A stretch of 63,996 bases of DNA, filler included, from Octopus bimaculoides (lineage: Eukaryota): assembly GCF_001194135.2 (NCBI RefSeq). It is 7 parts of 6 records of this genome, joined end to end, with 100 filler letters (N's around TTAATTAATTAA, not from the genome) between each part and the next. Parts side by side here need not be neighbours in the genome. Positions count along the whole stretch, not along the records: positions 20,917 to 47,026 come from NC_068994.1; 6 more parts are not named here. One strand, given 5' to 3'. Of this stretch, positions 22,846 through 35,166 are shown one piece after another; the first letter of the stretch is position 1; each line of letters opens with the position of its first letter. Position numbers and translations under genes: made by a program. Under the pieces are notes generated by a model. The model was not told the origin of the DNA, did not search any database, and was given only the letters and a program-made list of their open reading frames with translations.

Positions 22846-23503
22846 TAAATATATCTTCATCTATCCTTCTCAGATCAAGATTAGTATACAGTGTAGAGAA
22901 ATCATGCACATGCATGGTCTAAACTATTCAATCTTTTGCAGCTTATCGAAAAATTCATTACTAGATGTAATACTTTAAAGTTACACCCAAATTGTAAAAA
23001 ATTCCTTCACAATAAAACAAAATGATCAAACAATATTTAATGCATCATGAAGTAATATAGACACCTGTTTATTGGTACATTTTCAGGCATACATACATAT
23101 GTGTGTGTATGTGGTGGCTTTGTGGTTAGAGTATTTGGCTCGCAATTGTAAGGTCGTGAGTTCAATTCCCAGTGGCACATTGTGTCCTTGAGCAAGACAC
23201 TTTATTTCACATTGCTCCAGTCTGCTCAGCTGGCAAAAATGAGTAGTACCTGTAATTCAAAGGGCCAGCCTTGTTACCTTCTGAGTCATATATTATATTC
23301 ATAGTATATTATGTTATATTATAATATAAATAAACTGTTAGATTGTTAGATAGTCAATTGAATCTCTCTATTTGATTTATTGTGTGGGGGGTGGGGGTTT
23401 CTTTGTGTCTTCAACAACATGTCTGCTAAAGTTTAAAAAGATTATGGATTCTCAAAATTCAAAGCAAGAATAATTTCTTCAGAAGATATTTCTTTAAGAT
23501 TAC

Positions 23504-23661
23504 CTCTATATCAAGCCAAGTGAATTTGTTTCGTTCATAAAATCCCTTAAAATCCTGATACTGCCTCAGAAGTTCAATGGGTGGTTGAGAACCATAAGTA
23601 TCCAGTTTAGGCATGTTAATATCATCAATAAAAATAATCACACGTTTCTCTTTTGGAGCAC
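23504..23661 (-). CDS. DNAH6: Axonemal dynein heavy chain exon (AAA3 Walker B)
   Basis: TATAG acceptor, GAG|GTAAT donor, 158 nt, phase 1 to 0: (G)APKEKRVIIFIDDINMPKLDTYGSQPPIELLRQYQDFKGFYERNKFTWLDIE. Confidence 0.92.
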
Positions 23662-24438
23662 CTATACATGAAAAACAACAAAAATTTAATATATGTATAT
23701 ATTGGTTTAAAATTTTGGCACAAGACCAGTAAGTTCAGGGTAGGGGTTAAGTCAATTACATCGACCCCAGTGCTCAACTGGTACTTATTTTATTGACCCC
23801 AAAAGGATGAAAGGCAATGTTGACCACAGTGAAATTTGAACTCAGAAATTTAATTTAAATATTGATTTGAAAGTTTGACACAAGGTCAGCAATATTAGGG
23901 GAGGGATAAGCCGATTACATTGACCTTAGGGCTCAACTGTAAATTATTTTCTCAACCCCAAAAGGATGAAAGGCAAATTCAACCTCAATAGAATTTGAAC
24001 TCAGAATGTAAAGACAGATGAAATGCCCAGCATGCTAACAATTCTGAAAAAATAAAATAAAACTTGAGTTCTATACAGATTTGGAGGTCTGGGTAGTTGA
24101 CAGTTTCTTCAAAATTTTATGATAAGAAGCTGATAAGAAATCAAACCAGTCTAACATGAGTAACATTCCAAGATTATTCATAACTTCCCCAAAAAAGTAT
24201 ATTAATTGATGCTGAATATGTTCTGACCAGATACACAACACCAGTAACTGATTTGAAATCTTGTTTCAAGGTCAAGTAGTTCAATGCTTTACCCACTTAC
24301 CTATCTTGCTACTTATAAAGTGTGCGAATAAAATTAGCTTAAGGGGTCCAAAATTTCATTTTGGTCCAAATTATAGGTCCAATTTTTTTTTTACAAACAA
24401 GTTGATTTTTTCAATCTCAGTATCAAACCAAAGATAGG

Positions 24439-24439
24439 T

Positions 24440-24470
<31 letters not shown>

Positions 24471-24487
24471 CCACCACCACCACCACC

Positions 24488-24519
<32 letters not shown>

Positions 24520-24690
24520 CAACAACATTTAACATCTACTTTCCATGGTGGCATGGGTTGGATGGCTTAACAGAAACTGGCATGGCCAGGGGCTGCACTA
24601 GGTTCCATAGTCTATTTTGGCTTGTTTTCCATGACTGGATGCCCTTCCTAATGCTGACCAATTTACAGAGTGTACTGGGTGTTTGTACAT
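24439..24690 (-). mobile_element. RTE-type LINE/SINE 3' tail ending in (GAT)n; similar tails at about 21350-21400, 27690-27845, 30925-31140, 42075-42170
   Basis: Shared TTTCCATG.TGGCATGGGTTGGA...GGATGCCCTTCCTAATGC block followed by a (CAT)n tract. Confidence 0.6.
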
Positions 24691-25802
24691 TAAAGTGGTG
24701 AGCTGGCAGAATTGTTAGAATGCTAGGGAAAATGCTTAGTAGCATTTCATCCTTCTTTACATTCAAATTCCACCAAGGTTGACTTTGCCTTTCATCTTTT
24801 CGGGATCAATGAAATATGTACCAGTTGAGCACTAAGGTTGATGTGATCAACTTGCCCTCCCTCCCCTGAACATTCTGGCCTTGTAACAAAATTTGAAACT
24901 ATTATTACATTTGTACCTCAACCAAATCAGATAAATCTAATAATGGAAAAGTAATGTTTCGAATCAGTCCAAAAATATTTCTACACTCATTCATTTTGGT
25001 GATGAAGAGGATGTTCCAAGACTTTTCATTTTCTCCAAAAAATTTTAGAGGAAGCACTTGCAGTTAATCACAGGTTGAAGTTTACAGCTGATCATGGAAA
25101 ATTAAACATAAAATATACACATTTATTCTTTGATTCTATCTCAGTTAAGTGAAACATTTTTAACAAAACATATATCAAAATTTGTTGTCAATAATGAATT
25201 AATGAGTGAAATTATACAAATCCCACTGTTAGAAGTATCCACTGTAATAATTTTCCTTCTGTAATATTCAATTTAGTTTAATTTATTTGCCTCAGATTAT
25301 GTCTTGCTGGCAATTTCTAATAAGAATGAAATAGTGTTATACATGATTACCTAAGACTAGTAATTTTAAGATTTTCATAATGAGTAAGCAAAAAAATTAA
25401 ATATGTATATTTTATGCATCTTCTTCCCTGTTCCTCAGTTTCAAATCCATTGTGCTAAGTCAGCCAAATATTATTTGGTCAACAGGGTACACCACCTTGT
25501 TTACATTATTTATAATTATATCATTTGTTTTGATATTCATTTTATTGCTTGTTTTAATATATATTTAGTAAAAAGAATAGACAGGGGAGGGCATTGCTCA
25601 TAATTCGTAGAAACTATATCAAATCTGAAGTGTAATGGATTAGACATATTTGAAGGTTTCTTAAATAAAAAAAAAATTGTGAGGTTAAATTAAGGTAGAA
25701 GTTTTCAAGATGATTCTCAGAAAAAAGAACAGACTGTCACTTTTGGTAAGACGGACAAAGTAACTGGTTAGTTAAAGAAGAGAAAAAAATCACAGGCGTT
25801 AC

Positions 25803-25950
25803 CAATAACATTTTTTCGTCTTTTTTCCAGTTTTGATTCTATGATGTCTTGTGTCTGCTTGCTGCTAGTTTGTGCTGAGAAATTGATGAACACAGGAACA
25901 TAACTTTTAGTATCTGCCAATTGAGTTATCTGTCGGTTAGCAATCATTGA
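25803..25950 (-). CDS. DNAH6: Axonemal dynein heavy chain exon (AAA3, after P-loop); not in ORF track
   Basis: TATTTCAG acceptor, G|GTAAC donor, 148 nt, phase 0 to 1: [49 protein letters not shown](G). Joins both neighbouring exons in frame. Confidence 0.92.
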
Positions 25951-27317
25951 CTGAAATATTTAAGAAAAAAGAGCTGTAACTTCTGTTAACCCTCATATTA
26001 CTGTATTGTCTTATTGTCAGTATATCAATAATTTTTCTTTTCATTTCCACTCTTCTTTTTCTTCCGCCACCACCACCACCACCAAAAACAACAACGACAA
26101 CAACGACCAACCACCATCACCACACTCGTTTATTTATACAAAATATATTTATGCTCATTTATAGCAAATGTTTATAATTTGATCATAAGTTCGCACTAAA
26201 GAAAAAAAACAAATTCACAGATTAATATCTTTTATAACATTCAAAAAAGGAATGAGCATAGCAACTACCTAATCTCTAATTACAAATCTAAAATTATACA
26301 CAGAACCAAGTGGTCAAAACAATTCTGTAACAGCTGCTTCTATTTTACTTTATTCCTCATTATTTATTTATTCCAGATTGATGTTCTTTACTGCCTACTT
26401 TCATCCATATCTATATACGCTGTCCGTAAGCCTGTAACATTTGCTCAGCTATATTTGCACAGTTCTAATGTTCTTTGTTGCAAGCATCATTTGATAGCCT
26501 TAATCCTCAGAAGTCTTTTTTGCTCATTCAAATTTCAGCTTCATGTTTCAAATCATCACACACTGATGCTGTTTTACTACATTTTAAGCATATCCGCTCT
26601 CCTTATCATAACCATAATGATTATCAGCTTCACAATTGATGTAAAAAAAAAGAGAGAGAGAGAGAGAGGGGGGGGGGAACAAAAAACACAAGGAAAGAAA
26701 AGGTGTCTAGAAGAGTGTTTCACAAATACTTTTAACTAAATCCTACCCCAACCTTAGTAAGTAAGCATTAAAAAGAACTGACTTGTATGAGATTTAGAGA
26801 ATTTAAACCTATTGTCCAGTAGGTAAATAACAGTTGATCAAATATAACTGAAGGAAACTAATCAAATCCAAATATAATGCTGGAAATATAGGAAATAACA
26901 AACAAACACCGTTGCCTTATGTGAAACTTAATAAAAACAAAGCCAGAGGTGATGAATCCCTTTGTAACTATACTGAATATCATATTGAATATGGCAATAT
27001 TATACCTGTACAAAGTTAATTGATTTAGTGACAAGATTAAATAGCATCTGGAATAACTAAATCATTGTATTCCTGTTTTGTTTACAATATTATTACTACT
27101 TTGTTATCATTGCTGTCATTCCTACCATTGCTGTGAACATCCTTTGCAACATCGTCTAAGTTGCTTGCCTCTGCTATCTGAATTGAATGGTTGGTTGTTT
27201 GTAGCTGCTGTTATTGTTGTAGTTGTTGTTGCTGTTGCTGTTTTGTTGTTTAGCCCTAGGCCAGCACTGACTGAACAATCCTATGATCAAAAGCAATCCA
27301 GCTGTGACCTGCGTTCT

Positions 27318-27590
27318 TTTATTGCCTCTGCCTTAGCGAAGGTGGAGGTACTGTTTTCAGTCGGGTTTGTTAGTTTGTTTGTCCATGGACAAGATAGCTC
27401 AAGAACTGCTGGATGGATTTGGATGAAACTTTCAGGGATGTTTGACCTTGTGACTGGCACAAACTGATTAGATTTTGGGATCAGTTCAGTATCAGATAAG
27501 GATTCTGGATTATTTTTTCCAGTTTTTTTACTTAATTTTTGAGAGCAGTCGGGTTTATTTTTAGTATTCTCGTTTGTGAGAGCAGCCAAG
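27318..27590. mobile_element. Possible Helentron-associated (HINE/DINE-1-like) non-autonomous element
   Basis: 5' hairpin GCCTCTGCCTT-AGCG-AAGGTGGAGGT, then GTTTGTTAGTTTGTTTGTCC and GGATGGATTTGGATGAAACTT, resembling HINE-type elements. 3' end not resolved. Confidence 0.35.
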
Positions 27591-29599
27591 CTTATTTTTT
27601 TAATTTTGTATTTGTTTTAGACATCGTATCTATGACAACATTATTGAAATTCTCCATTAGTTTTTGAAGACAGTATGTAAACACTCTGTGGAGTGGCTGA
27701 CATTAGGAAGGGCATCCAGCTGTAGAAACCATGCCAGAACAGAGAACGGAGCCTGGTGTGGCCCTTGGCCTTACCAGCACTGGTCGAACCATCCAATCTA
27801 TGCCAGCATGGAAAATGGATGTTAAATGATGATGATCATGATGATGAACACAGGGTTAAAAAATCAAAAAGTCAAAGTCAAAGGAAAAGTCAAAGGCCAC
27901 CTGTGAGATTTAAACCCACACCTTCTGTAAATATGACAAACATTCTACCGTTGTACCAAAGCAATCCTTCAAATTTCTTCATCTATTTTAAAAGATGTCC
28001 TTACCAATGAGAACTGTGTCATCTATGTCATGAGAATTTAGAAACTTCTGTACATATATTTATTACTAATAACTATATATACTTGATTGCTCCACTGTCT
28101 TTTATTACAGAGCCAATTTGTGAGTTACAGCTTGAATTAATTAGTCAGTTCTTTAAGAGAAATCAACAATTTGTAAATGTTATCTGCAAGTAAAGGTTTC
28201 CTCAAACACGGCTGCATTTATTTCATAGATTCTTATTAAAACTTTATCTCATCTCTAGCTCTAGCTTACTTGTATTGTAACCCATATTGGAATAAATTAC
28301 CTGTATGGAAAACAGACTGCTCTTCATCAACAATAATTTGTCATTTCAATTATATTTCAAGTCTTATTAATTTACAGATAAAATGGATTAATATAAGTTC
28401 TCAATAGATATGTTATTATCTCAGTTTTCAGATTATGAAAATCAATTTTATCAATATATTAATAAATTACATTGATCAAATTTTGAACTTTATTCCCTCC
28501 TTCATAACCAACTATGATATCTACTATTCAAAACTACTTCAATATAATCACTCTTTCCAAAACAGTGAAGATTCTAAATATATTATCTCTCATTTTATTA
28601 TAAGAACATATTATTTTCATCCCTGTCACCAGTTCAGTGTCTATTTTTCAATTCTGGCATAGATTAAGAGGAAAAAATAATTTTTCTCTTATCAGTTTCC
28701 TGTAATTGTAATTTGGTATGTGAAGTTTGCTACATCATCTCATGTGAAAACCTTTGGGATTTTTCTTTCTGTTAAACTTTTTTTTTTTTTTTGTCTACTA
28801 CTAAAATTTGCCAGCTTTTCAAACAAAATTTAATATCATTAATTTGAATAGAAAATAGCATAAAGAAATGGTAATAATTCAATCTTAAAGATTTTCATCT
28901 TTACTTCAAACCTTTCAATCTGAAATATTTAACAAGTGTTTTGTATTTTAACCATAATAAAATATCTGAAATATAAAATGGCTATGTGGTTAAGCAATCT
29001 ACTTCACAAGTAGCTGTCACAAGATGTACAGAAGAATGAATTGATACATGTAAGAGAGAGAGGGGGGTACGCATGCCTGTATGAATATAATGTTGTTGTT
29101 GCTGCTTGAGTACATAGCATTTAAGATCCAGGGTTATGGTCAAGCCTGTGGCAGTGGAGACATCCAATATTCTTAGCCCCAGGCCATGACCCTGCTCACC
29201 ATTATTAGGACAGAGATGGCTATCTGCAAGTGCAAGCCCTGTGACTCAGAGTGGCTCTTCCAGACCATTTCCCTTGCCATCCTCCAGGGCAACACCTTTC
29301 CATTTTGTCGACTGGGACCAAGAGGCAGTCTGAATTACAGGAAACTGTACATTCCACTCCTCAAAAGTTTGAGAAGCACTTCCATAGGCCAAATAGAAGA
29401 AAAGTAATATTTAATTCATACAATGTTTTTAAACAAGCAGAAGGATTCTTTACATGTAAACCAACATTTATTGTATTGAATGCATCATCATAGACAAACA
29501 AAAATATCTACATTGCACCATATATCAAAAAAAGAGAGGATTCCTTATATTATAGTAATGAATATGTCATCACAGACAAAACAAAAATATTTACCTTAA

Positions 29600-29819
29600 C
29601 CCTTTAGCATTCGCATTATCCTATCAAAAGTAATGCTTTTTTATTCACATTGTTTTGAATTAATCGTGAATTATCTTGTAGCTATGAGATTTTGAAAAGG
29701 AAACTATTAATTTTTTAAATGATATTGTAGTATCGGTGTGAGAAGCCAGATCTGGCCAGTTGGGACATAAAACAGGCAGAATATTTTGGCCATACATGGC
29801 CAGTTTAAATGCTAAAGGG
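29600..29819. mobile_element. piggyBac-type MITE (220 bp)
   Basis: TTAA (29596-29599) CCCTTTAGCATT ... AATGCTAAAGGG TTAA (29820-29823). Confidence 0.85.
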
Positions 29820-30617
29820 TTAAAAATGGAGAGGGTTCCTAACATCAAACCCAACATTTATTGTGTGGAATAAGTTATCCAAGATAAACATTGACGTGGA
29901 AATAATTATTATTATTATTATTAAGGTGGCAAGCTGGCAGAATCGTTAGCACAGTGGAAAAAATGCTTTGCAGCATTTCTTCTGTCTTTACGTTCTGAGT
30001 TCAAATCTGCTGTGATTAACTTTGCATTTCATCCTTTCGGGTCAATAAAATAAGTAACAGTTGAGCACTAGGGTCGATGTAATCAACTTAGCTCTTCCTC
30101 CAAAGTTTGCTGGCTTTGTGCCAAAATTTAAGATCAGTAATTATTTCTAATATGAACACAGGGTAATAAATTTTGAAGAAGGAAAAACTAATTAAATTAA
30201 TCTATATTTGACTGGTATTTATTTTATCAATACCAGAAAAAAAAAAAAAACATTGGAGCCTCTACATATTGTTTGACCTGATATAAATAGCAAACAAATA
30301 TCCCTCAAATCAGGCCCTACCATCTTAAAAATAAAAAAAAAAAGTGTATTTAGTCTCTGTCTGAATAAAAAACACAATAGTCACAAGAATGCTTTTGATC
30401 ATAAGTTTGCAGGACCAGGACTAGGTTAGGCTAAACAACAGCTGAAAGGATGAAAGCTCCTGAATTTTGGCCAAGAACAGAACTCAGAAGGTTACAGGGT
30501 GCAACTAAACACCAATAAGCATTTGTCCAATGTCCTGCCAACTCAGTGAATTCCTTACTCTATTACATGGAAATATTAAATATCAAATTTACATTGAAAA
30601 CAATTTCAGGTACTTAC

Positions 30618-30839
30618 CTTCCCAACACCAGAGCTACCAATATAGAGAACAGATTGATCCACATCCAATAGCTTCTCAAGTAAATATCCATACCTCAGTG
30701 TATCCACTGAAGGTACAAATATATTGAAAAAAGGAATGGTTTTGTTGTAGATAAAATGGGGCACAGCCATTTCCCAAAGTTCTAGTCGGTTTGATGGAAA
30801 ATCCATAAATACACTCCAGATATCACAAACAGTAGGGAC
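30618..30839 (-). CDS. DNAH6: Axonemal dynein heavy chain exon (AAA3 P-loop)
   Basis: TTCTGCAG acceptor, AAG|GTAAGT donor, 222 nt, phase 0 to 0: VPTVCDIWSVFMDFPSNRLELWE...FVPSVDTLRYGYLLEKLLDVDQSVLYIGSSGVGK. Walker A is completed by S of the next exon. Confidence 0.92.
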
Positions 30840-31419
30840 CTGCAGAATAAAAAAGAAGATTTCTAGATTTTTATGTAATAATTTTTAATAAGAATGTGGT
30901 TTTTAGAAAAAATCGATAAAATATCATCATCATCATTCAAATTTCATTTTCCATGCTTGGAAAATAGCTGGTTTGACGGGAACTAGCCAGCTGAAGAGCT
31001 GACCAGGCTCTTTGTCTGTTTTGGCATGGTTTCTATTGCTGGATGTCCTTCCTAGTGCCAACTACTTCACAAAGTGTACTGGGTGCTTTTACACAGCACC
31101 AGCCCAGGTGCTTTTACGTGGCACTGGCACTCACAAGCCTACAAGATTAGGATTGCTCAACTCAAGAGCAATGTAGGGGGACATACCTGTATGCAAGGAC
31201 AACCATGATTTTACTTAGCATGACATGTCTTCTCAAGCACAGCAAACCACCAGTAGTTGTGATAATTTGTCATTCCCACTCTGAGGCCCATTGTCTGAAG
31301 ATCCTTTCTCACCACTTTGTCCCAAATCTTCCTGGGACTTCCCTTCCACATGCTTCCTACATAATTAGAGATCAGCACTTCTTGATGCAGCTGTCCTCAT
31401 CTTTAAGCATTACTATTTT

Positions 31420-31641
31420 AATACTCTTTACTCTTTTTACTCTTTTACTTGTTCCAGTCATTTGACTGTGGCCATGCTGGAGGACCACCTTTAGTCGAGC
31501 AAATCGACCCCAGGACTTATTCTTTGTAAACCTAGTACTTATTCTATCGGTCTCTTTTTGATGAACCGCTAAGTTATGGGGATGTAAACACACCAGCATC
31601 GGTTGTCAAGCAATGTTGGGGGGACAAACACAGACACACAA

Positions 31642-31678
<37 letters not shown>

Positions 31679-31850
31679 TATATATATCTAATGGGCTTCT
31701 TTCAGTTTCCGTCTACCAAATCCACTCACAAGGCTTTGGTTGGCCTAAGGCTATAGTAGAAGACACTTGCCCAAGGTGCCACGCAGTGGGACTGAACCCA
31801 GAACCATGTGGTTTGTAAGCAAGCTACTTACCACACAGCCACTCCTTCAC
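31420..31850 (-). mobile_element. Full-length family C SINE with short (CA)n(TA)n core
   Basis: Close match to 40910-41298 and 48195-48585; tail of (GAGTAAAA)-like repeats. Confidence 0.85.
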
Positions 31851-32169
31851 CTATATAATATAATTATAAAATTATGAGAGTTTGATTAAACCATTTTAGT
31901 TGACTTGTAATTTTTCTAAGTCTAAAAACGACAAAATAGAATCAAAATAACTAAATATGTATGGGATACAAAATTCCTATAAAATAAACTGATTAAAGAT
32001 TTACAAAAGTTCCAATAATAAACCTAAACAATGCTGTTTTATTCCATCAATATTTAAACTGGCCATATCTAGCCCAAATATTCTACCAGTTTTATGTTCA
32101 AACTGGCCAAATCTGGCCTCTCACAACTATGATGCCTTAAACCAATTGTCTGCTTGTTGTACATCCACT

Positions 32170-32982
32170 ATTTTCGTGAAGTAAGATGAATGATTTTAGA
32201 CCAAGCATGCAATATACCTTCAGAGTGCAGTATTTGCAGGTAGTGGATACTGCAAAAGCAAATTTGAAAGATTTTTTCTCTCTCACAGGATTTAGCAGAT
32301 TATGAAAAGTTGAGGAACATTTTACTCAATGGAAATTTTTGTGCCGAAGTGATCAGTATCCTGAGCTTGATGAATTTTCTTTAAGGAACGAAATACTTTT
32401 TTATAGAAATCATCATAGTGGATCATCTCTTGAGGATCATCATAAAATATTTGATGAAATGCAACCAGCAGTCTATCGCATGTTTCAAATATTGAGCAAA
32501 TTGCTCAGGCAATTTTTAGTGTTTCCAACCAGTTCTTGTGAAGCTAAAAGATCTTTTAGCACCCTGCAGAGACTCAAAACTTGACTGCAATCAACCATGA
32601 CTCAGCAAAGGTTGAATCATATTGTAATATGCCATGTTCATAGAGATGTTTTGAAAAAGATTAGTTGTAAAATAGTTGCTAAATTATTTATTGAGACAGC
32701 AATGATAGGAGATATATTACATTTGGAAAGTTCTAAAAGACAATAGCTTGACTTTATATTTGTATATTCAAAGGTCTATATTTTATTTTTTGTTTATTTG
32801 ATATAATAAATTTTTTTTAAGCTTATTTTTTTAATATTTGAACTTCATTTGAATATATAAAATTTAATTAGCATAAAATTTTATTTAGGAAAGGCGCCAT
32901 AAGCAATACTAACATGCTCCTTTTAAGAATCAACAAATGTTGGTTTGTTCCCCTCACAATTTCAAGGCAAAGAAGGCCCCTG
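32170..32982 (+). pseudogene. hAT transposase relic (C-terminal dimerisation domain) with probable right terminus
   Basis: ...FLVFPTSSCEAKRSFSTLQRLKT*LQSTMTQQRLNHIVICHVHRD... then a frameshift to RRYITFGKF*; in-frame TGA at 32582-32584; ends ...GGCCCCTG at 32982. Confidence 0.75.
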
Positions 32983-34139
32983 TATGCATTAATATCCGCT
33001 TGATTTAACAACAACCACGTGCGTAATGTGCTTGACTAAGATTGGAATTACGGACTTAAACAGCACCCACCCTACCGCTCCTTCGCAGAAATATTATTAA
33101 TCCTGATTTCGACTAAAATGTAAGACTCACTATACCTTACCTCTATATGCATTCTTTTACATTAGTATACCCTCCACCTTTCTATACCTTCATCTCTCAC
33201 ACCATGCATTTAAACAGACTTCTCAGAATTCTGAAGAGATCTGCCAATTAAATTGGCAAATCGAAACGATCGTAAATGTAACATTACATAATCTCTACCT
33301 AATTGATTAAATTAATGGCTAACTAGCGCAATCGACCTGCTTCTTCCTGTGTTTGTTTCTCCATTCTCTACATGATTATATAGAGCTTCTATACATTTTT
33401 CCCCATGCTAAATTTCACTTAGATGCTTTTATAGACCCAAGACACTTGCCCAAAATATTACGTAGCGCATTCAAAACCATGTGGTTACAAAGTAAACTTC
33501 TTCTGCAGATGGCCTTGCTTGTGATAAAGTTATAATAATATACCAAGTTGTCAAGAAGAACATTAATGCATATCCATATACTCAGCTACATATCAATGAA
33601 ATACACAATATATACACAATAAGCTGTTAATATTTCATAGAAAAAAAAAATTCCTTAGGAATTCAATTATCTATGATTTAACTCACTGCAGCATATAAAA
33701 ATCAAATGTAATAAAGAAGGAAAAAATATTAATATCAGTATAAGAAAACAAATTTTTATCTTACTGTAAACAGAACTGATTAATTTTCCATATTTTCACA
33801 AATTTATTTTCAATCTTACAACCACTCGATAAAAAGAAATTACAAGACGTCTACAAGATTGTAGTTAATCTAGGTAGGGAAAGTGAAAGAGGAGATTCAA
33901 CAAGATTGAAATTAGTTGTGAGTTTGACCCATACACTTGGTCTGTGTCTATGTCTGTCTATCTCCCCACCTCTCTCTCTCTCTCTCTCTTGTTTGTTAGC
34001 GCTCTCTCTTATCTAAAACTGAAAACTATTTGATAAAAAGTCCAATTAAGTTATCTTATACAGAACTCATTAACTCCTTTTCTATGCTGTATACTGCATA
34101 ATTAGTGTCACATACTTTTTATCAAATTAACATACTTAT

Positions 34140-34500
34140 TAGGTGTGGCTGTGCAGTAGGAAACAGGCACAAGCATGGCTGCAGAGTAAAAAGCTTCAAA
34201 GCCTTATGAATGGATTTGGTAGATGGAAACTGAAAGAAGCCCATTGTATATGTGGTGTGTGTGTGTGTGTGTGTATGTGAATGTTTTTGTGCCTGAGGAT
34301 GTACTCCCACCACTGTTTGACAACAGGTGCTGGTGTGTTTACAGCTCTGTAACTTACAGGTTCGACAAAAGAGACTGACAGAATAAGTACCGGGCTTAAA
34401 GTACTAGGATTGGTTCATTTGATTAAAAAATTCTTCAAGGCAGTGTCCCAACATGACTGCAGTCTAGTGACTGAAACAAGTTAACGATTAAAGATTAAAG
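34140..34500 (+). mobile_element. Family C SINE (internally deleted head)
   Basis: GGTGTGGCTGTG head, GGATTTGGTAGATGGAAACTGAAAGAAGCCC, (TG)n, tail GTAACTTACAGGTTCGACAAAAGAGAC...CATGACTGCAGTC. Confidence 0.75.
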
Positions 34501-34653
34501 ATACTTAATAAAAACATTGGATTATCTGTAGAATGCATACCTTCTGATACTACACAATGTGACATTTTCAGCATCAAAAAAGCTGATTAGAACTAAGTTA
34601 AGCGAAAATCATAATGCTTTAATCATAAAGCTCTCTCCCTCTCTCTTTTTCTC

Positions 34654-34684
<31 letters not shown>

Positions 34685-34894
34685 CACTCTTTCTCTCTCG
34701 CTTGCTTTCGTCCTCATTTCTAGTCCAGTTTTTTTTACAGACAAACTAAACTTTTATTTCATGCATAACACAGCATGAATCAGAAGTGAAATAAATGCTA
34801 AATATTAGAAAGCTTCTGAGATGATGAGCTGGCAGAATCATTAGCATGCCAGGCAAAATGCCTAGTGGCATTTCTCCTGTCTTTACATTCTGAA

Positions 34895-35166
34895 TAGAAG
34901 CGCAATGGCCCAGTGGTTAGGGCAGCGGACTCGCGGTCATAGGATCGCGGTTTGGATTCCCAGACCGGGCGTTGTGAGTGTTTATTGAGCAAAAACACCT
35001 AAAGCTCCACGAGGCTCCAGCAGGGGATGGTGGCGAACCCTGTTGTACTCTTTCACTACAACTTTCTCTCACTCTTACTTCCTGTTTCTGTTGTGCCTGT
35101 AATTCAAAGGGTCAGCCTTGTCACACTGTGTCATGCTGAATATCCCCGAGAACTACATTAAGGATA
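34895..35166 (+). mobile_element. Family B SINE abutting a truncated family A head; runs into an N gap
   Basis: GAAGCGCAATGGCCCAGTGGTTAGGGCAGCGGACTCGCGG...GGATTCCCAGACC; the family A head at 34825-34893 stops at its B box. Confidence 0.8.

Noticed and set aside
9002-23504. TMEM26 nested antisense within a DNAH6 intron, or convergent gene pair
   Set aside because: Two synthetic joins separate them and no further dynein exon was found in 1-23503.
34895-34970. tRNA genes (also 19715-19788, 38993-39065)
   Set aside because: The tRNA-like heads have imperfect stems and continue into SINE bodies.
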